DNA of 61,881 bases from Nitrospirota bacterium (GTDB taxonomy: Bacteria; Nitrospirota; UBA9217), in NCBI GenBank assembly GCA_963751455.1, contig CAVVUN010000005.1, positions 1-61,881 on the forward strand, in the 5' to 3' direction. Position 1 is the first letter of the stretch. Every line of letters begins with the position of its first letter. A program made the translations under genes and the position numbers. Shown piece by piece: positions 58,900 to 61,881 of this stretch. The notes beneath the pieces were generated by a model. That model did no database searches and was not told where the DNA came from. It saw only the letters and a program-made list of their open reading frames with translations.

Positions 58900-60756
58900 T
58901 CACATGATGACTCCGTCCGCAATCTCTGTGTTGATGCGGTGAATCCACTGAATGACGCGGCCCGTTGCTTCTTCATTCAGGTCTTCAAAACAAATGCCGA
59001 GATGATAGACCGTATTCTGCTTTCTGGCATGGTTTACCCTGGCCTTGACCTTGATCTCGCCCAGTACCGAGAGGTTCAAAGTAATAGTAAGCTTCGAGCC
59101 GATGGCAAGGGGTGAATTTACCTCGAGAAGACATCCGAACGGGCTGATGTTTTTGACGATCGCGGTGCTTGTTTCATCCGAATAACCTTCAAGCGAATAA
59201 GCGAACACCAGATCGGTGGCCTTTCGCATGTACCGCCTGGTCCCGCCTTTGACCTCCACGACCTCAGCGACCAGGAGCGGCTTGTCCTTTCCTTTCACCT
59301 GCACAGCGGGTAATTCGTTCCAGACAGCCTGGTCGCCGATTTCGTCCGCAACCGTCCTGGTTACCAGAACCTGCCCCGCTTTTGCAATTCCGCACAGACG
59401 CGCGGCTATGTTGATATTGTCGCCGATGACCGTGTAATCCATCTGGTCTTCAGAACCCATGTTGCCCATGACAACGTCGCCGCTGTTTAATCCTATCCCG
59501 ATGTGTATCTGTTTCTGGCCGGAGGCCGAGCGGGCAAAGTTCAAGGATTTGCAGTAGCTTTGTATCTCGACTGCCGCTCGAACCGCGTTGATTTCCTTGC
59601 CCTTCCCCTCAAAGATAGCCATCACCTCGTCCCCGACGAATTTGTCGACGGTGCCGCCCCAGTGGTGAACCACGGCTGTCTGCATGTTCAAGTAGATATT
59701 CAGCAGGCTTACGACCTCCTCGGGGCTCATCTTCTCCGAAAGGGACGTGAAACCGCGCGCGTCCGAGAACAGCGCAGTTACGTATTTCCGCTCTCCTCCC
59801 AGCTTCAGCTCGGAAATATCGCGGTTCTCTCTAATGCAGCGCACCGTTGACTGGGAGAGGTATTTCTCCATGTGTATCTTTTCGCGAAGACTGAGAATCA
59901 TCTGGTTGAATACGTTCGTAAGGTTGCCTATTTCGTCGCCTGAAGTGACCGCGACAAGGGTCCGAAGGTCTCCCGCCGCCACGGCATGGATGCCCTCTGA
60001 AAGCAGATCCAGCGGCTTCGTAATAAGGCGGGCCAGCGCAAAAGCTAACACCAGTCCTACAATGACAAAGCCGAGCGCAATCAAAAAATAGGTGATTTTC
60101 TGCTGCCGTATGGATTGGTTCAATGTCTTGAGCGAAAGTCCTATCCGCGCTACCCCGACCTTGATATTTTTGGCTTTCAGGATGATGGGGACAGATGCGT
60201 CCAGAACGGGATCGTTATTGAATTTGATTTCCTGGAACAACAGGTCCTTTGCCTTTAATACCGCCTGATCTTCGGCCCCTTTCAGAACGGTGCCGTTCTT
60301 CGAAAAGTCGCTGTGAACGAACACTTTCCCTTCGTCGTCCATGACCATTGCATAAACGATATCGTCGCGCTTTTGAATGTCCGTAATAGTGGAAATGACG
60401 GGCAATTCCTGCTTCATCAACAATGCTTCCTTGCCGACGTTCGCCAGCTGCTGAACAATAACCGAGGCGCGGCTTTTCATTTCATACCGGAGCATTGTTG
60501 TCTGTCTTGCGAAGGTTACGATACCGAGGGACAGGACCGCCAGGCAGAGGATGATCACGAGCGTACCCGCGATTTTATACCGGACGCTGACAGAGGAGAG
60601 GAATTCCAGGAATTTGGAAATGAAGGAAGGTGTAGCGTTTGCCTGCTTTACAGCGGCAACATCAACGACTTTTTCAGGTATGTCCTTGCTTTGTTCCGTA
60701 AAGGGTGGAACGACAGGGTCAGGTTCATTCCCGTCATGCACCGGATCATCGCTCAT
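58900..60756 (-). CDS. Membrane class III adenylate cyclase with HAMP and C-terminal PilZ
   Basis: Two TMs and a HAMP domain, then FSDARGFT, DKFVGDEVMA and YTVIGDNINIAARL. PilZ motifs RRYMR and NISPFG. Confidence 0.9.
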   Translation of the reverse strand: MSDDPVHDGNEPDPVVPPFTEQSKDIPEKVVDVAAVKQANATPSFISKFLEFLSSVSVRYKIAGTLVIILCLAVLSLGIVTFARQTTMLRYEMKSRASVIVQQLANVGKEALLMKQELPVISTITDIQKRDDIVYAMVMDDEGKVFVHSDFSKNGTVLKGAEDQAVLKAKDLLFQEIKFNNDPVLDASVPIILKAKNIKVGVARIGLSLKTLNQSIRQQKITYFLIALGFVIVGLVLAFALARLITKPLDLLSEGIHAVAAGDLRTLVAVTSGDEIGNLTNVFNQMILSLREKIHMEKYLSQSTVRCIRENRDISELKLGGERKYVTALFSDARGFTSLSEKMSPEEVVSLLNIYLNMQTAVVHHWGGTVDKFVGDEVMAIFEGKGKEINAVRAAVEIQSYCKSLNFARSASGQKQIHIGIGLNSGDVVMGNMGSEDQMDYTVIGDNINIAARLCGIAKAGQVLVTRTVADEIGDQAVWNELPAVQVKGKDKPLLVAEVVEVKGGTRRYMRKATDLVFAYSLEGYSDETSTAIVKNISPFGCLLEVNSPLAIGSKLTITLNLSVLGEIKVKARVNHARKQNTVYHLGICFEDLNEEATGRVIQWIHRINTEIADGVIM

Positions 60757-61106
60757 TTTGCTTGGATTTCCTCCAGTGTTTTCAGAATCTGCTGTATCTT
60801 TTTGAGGTTTTCCTGAGATTTCAAGCCGACCGTCGTATTGGGACCAAGCTGGACTGCCTGTTGAAATGCCGCCCTCGCTTGCTTATAATTTTCTTTGGAA
60901 TAAAGCTGAAGGCCTCGATCGTAATGCTGCTGCTGCGCTTTCGTGTCTATTGATTTTTGCTGAGGGCGTGCTTTCGGGGCTGGCGCAGGAGGCGGTGCTT
61001 TGTGACATGAAACGCTTCCCATAACCATGAAAACCGGAACAGTATAAAGAAACAGCTTGAAAAAGATTCTTGTTATGATCGACCCGCTTGGTTCCATTTG
61101 TAACAC
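60753..61106 (-). CDS. Small TPR (lipo)protein
   Basis: Hydrophobic stretch ending SVSC, Pro-rich linker and a single TPR. ATGA overlap with the cyclase gene. Confidence 0.65.
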   Translation of the reverse strand: MLQMEPSGSIITRIFFKLFLYTVPVFMVMGSVSCHKAPPPAPAPKARPQQKSIDTKAQQQHYDRGLQLYSKENYKQARAAFQQAVQLGPNTTVGLKSQENLKKIQQILKTLEEIQAK

Positions 61107-61396
61107 GCTCCGATAATTGTTTTACTGGTATTTTCAGAGAACACGCTTGTGAGGATCATTAACAATTAGCCAACCGAACCAGCCATGGTTCGGGGAACTG
61201 TAACCGGTCGCCTGCATGGGATCAAATAATCTGGTTAAAGGGGCAAGATGTGCGATACCACGCAGGGGTAATACAATGTCGAAAGGGCCCCGACCAATCT
61301 CTCGAAGGCATCGAATAACCGGGCAGGTTATGCGACCAAAGTTTTAACAAGTTTAATTATAGGCGTCTGCATTTTTTTGTCAAGAAGATTAATACT

Positions 61397-61881
61397 TCAC
61401 GGCTTTTGGTGCCTGCCCGCCAAGAATGCCTTTTGATTGATCTCGAGAACTTTTTGGGGAACCGTGTTTTTGATTGCCTTAAGGATAAATTCTTCTTTGA
61501 GCGGCAGGAACGGGAGCGCGGCGCCGAGCAGCACCAGGTTGAGTGTGCGTTTATCGCCTGCATTTATTGCCAGCTCCGTGCCGTCGAACGGCAATACCGT
61601 TTTTACCCTGCCTTTGATGCCGGCGTCGATGTCTGCCGGGTATTTCTCCGCTCCGATCGAAACACCGATCGTGCCGATCGGGCGTGTATTGTAAATGACC
61701 GAGGCGTCATCCTTCAGGAAGTGAAGATACCGGGCAGTCTCGAGCGGCTCGAACCCGATCAAAATGTCGGCCTCGCCTTCACTCACGATCGGCGAGAAAA
61801 CCTTTTCACCGAAGCGCACCTGAGACAGCACGCTGCCGCCCCTCTGCGCCATGCCGTGCACCTCGCTCTGCTTTACGTCCA
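61397..61881 (-). CDS. iorB: Indolepyruvate:ferredoxin oxidoreductase beta subunit (5'-truncated by the window edge)
   Basis: DVKQSEVHGMAQRGGSV.SQVRFG...SP....GEAD, N.VLLGA and N.KAF..G. Confidence 0.9.
   Translation of the reverse strand, partial: DVKQSEVHGMAQRGGSVLSQVRFGEKVFSPIVSEGEADILIGFEPLETARYLHFLKDDASVIYNTRPIGTIGVSIGAEKYPADIDAGIKGRVKTVLPFDGTELAINAGDKRTLNLVLLGAALPFLPLKEEFILKAIKNTVPQKVLEINQKAFLAGRHQKP

Noticed and set aside
61130-61340. Possible 6S or other ncRNA between iorB and the TPR gene
   Set aside because: Only a short local hairpin (ccgaacc...ggttcgg) is visible; no convincing long-range pairing.

Overview
Bacterial window. Gene content and intergenic-repeat style are reminiscent of Nitrospirota/Desulfobacterota (inference only). 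From left to right: (1) 0.2-18.5 kb, minus strand: a PEP-CTERM/XrtA-type exopolysaccharide locus (Wza, split Wzc, NusG/UpxY paralog, OM beta-barrel, two Ig-repeat lipoproteins, priming glycosyltransferase, sugar-modifying enzymes, ACP + acyl-CoA dehydrogenase). (2) 20.4-31.7 kb, minus: a Tad/Flp pilus operon. A PEP-CTERM gene follows at 33.1 kb; these three units each have a sigma54-type promoter. (3) 33.7-42 kb, plus: ACT protein, livKHMGF, phenylacetate-CoA ligase and an amidohydrolase. (4) 42-53 kb: a defence/accessory island with HicBA, DUF488, an AAA-DUF4143 ATPase and MntA-HepT. Its AT-rich core is a ubiquitin-like conjugation locus: an unannotated 44-aa His/Pro-rich peptide ending in Gly, an E2-E1(ThiF) fusion, a JAB peptidase, a membrane protein and a ComEC-type MBL hydrolase, divergent from an HTH + ImmA/IrrE pair, with no CD-NTase and no beta-grasp Ubl. 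This is the best candidate for an undescribed system. (5) 53.4-57.9 kb: a putative structured RNA, then an orphan Tat-exported NrtA/CynA-like binding protein, an MCP and a cyanase carrying a signal peptide (second candidate). (6) 58-61.9 kb: receiver-PilZ protein, adenylate cyclase-PilZ, TPR protein and partial iorB. Several single-base frameshifts suggest sequencing/assembly indels. All calls come from motif recognition; no searches were run.
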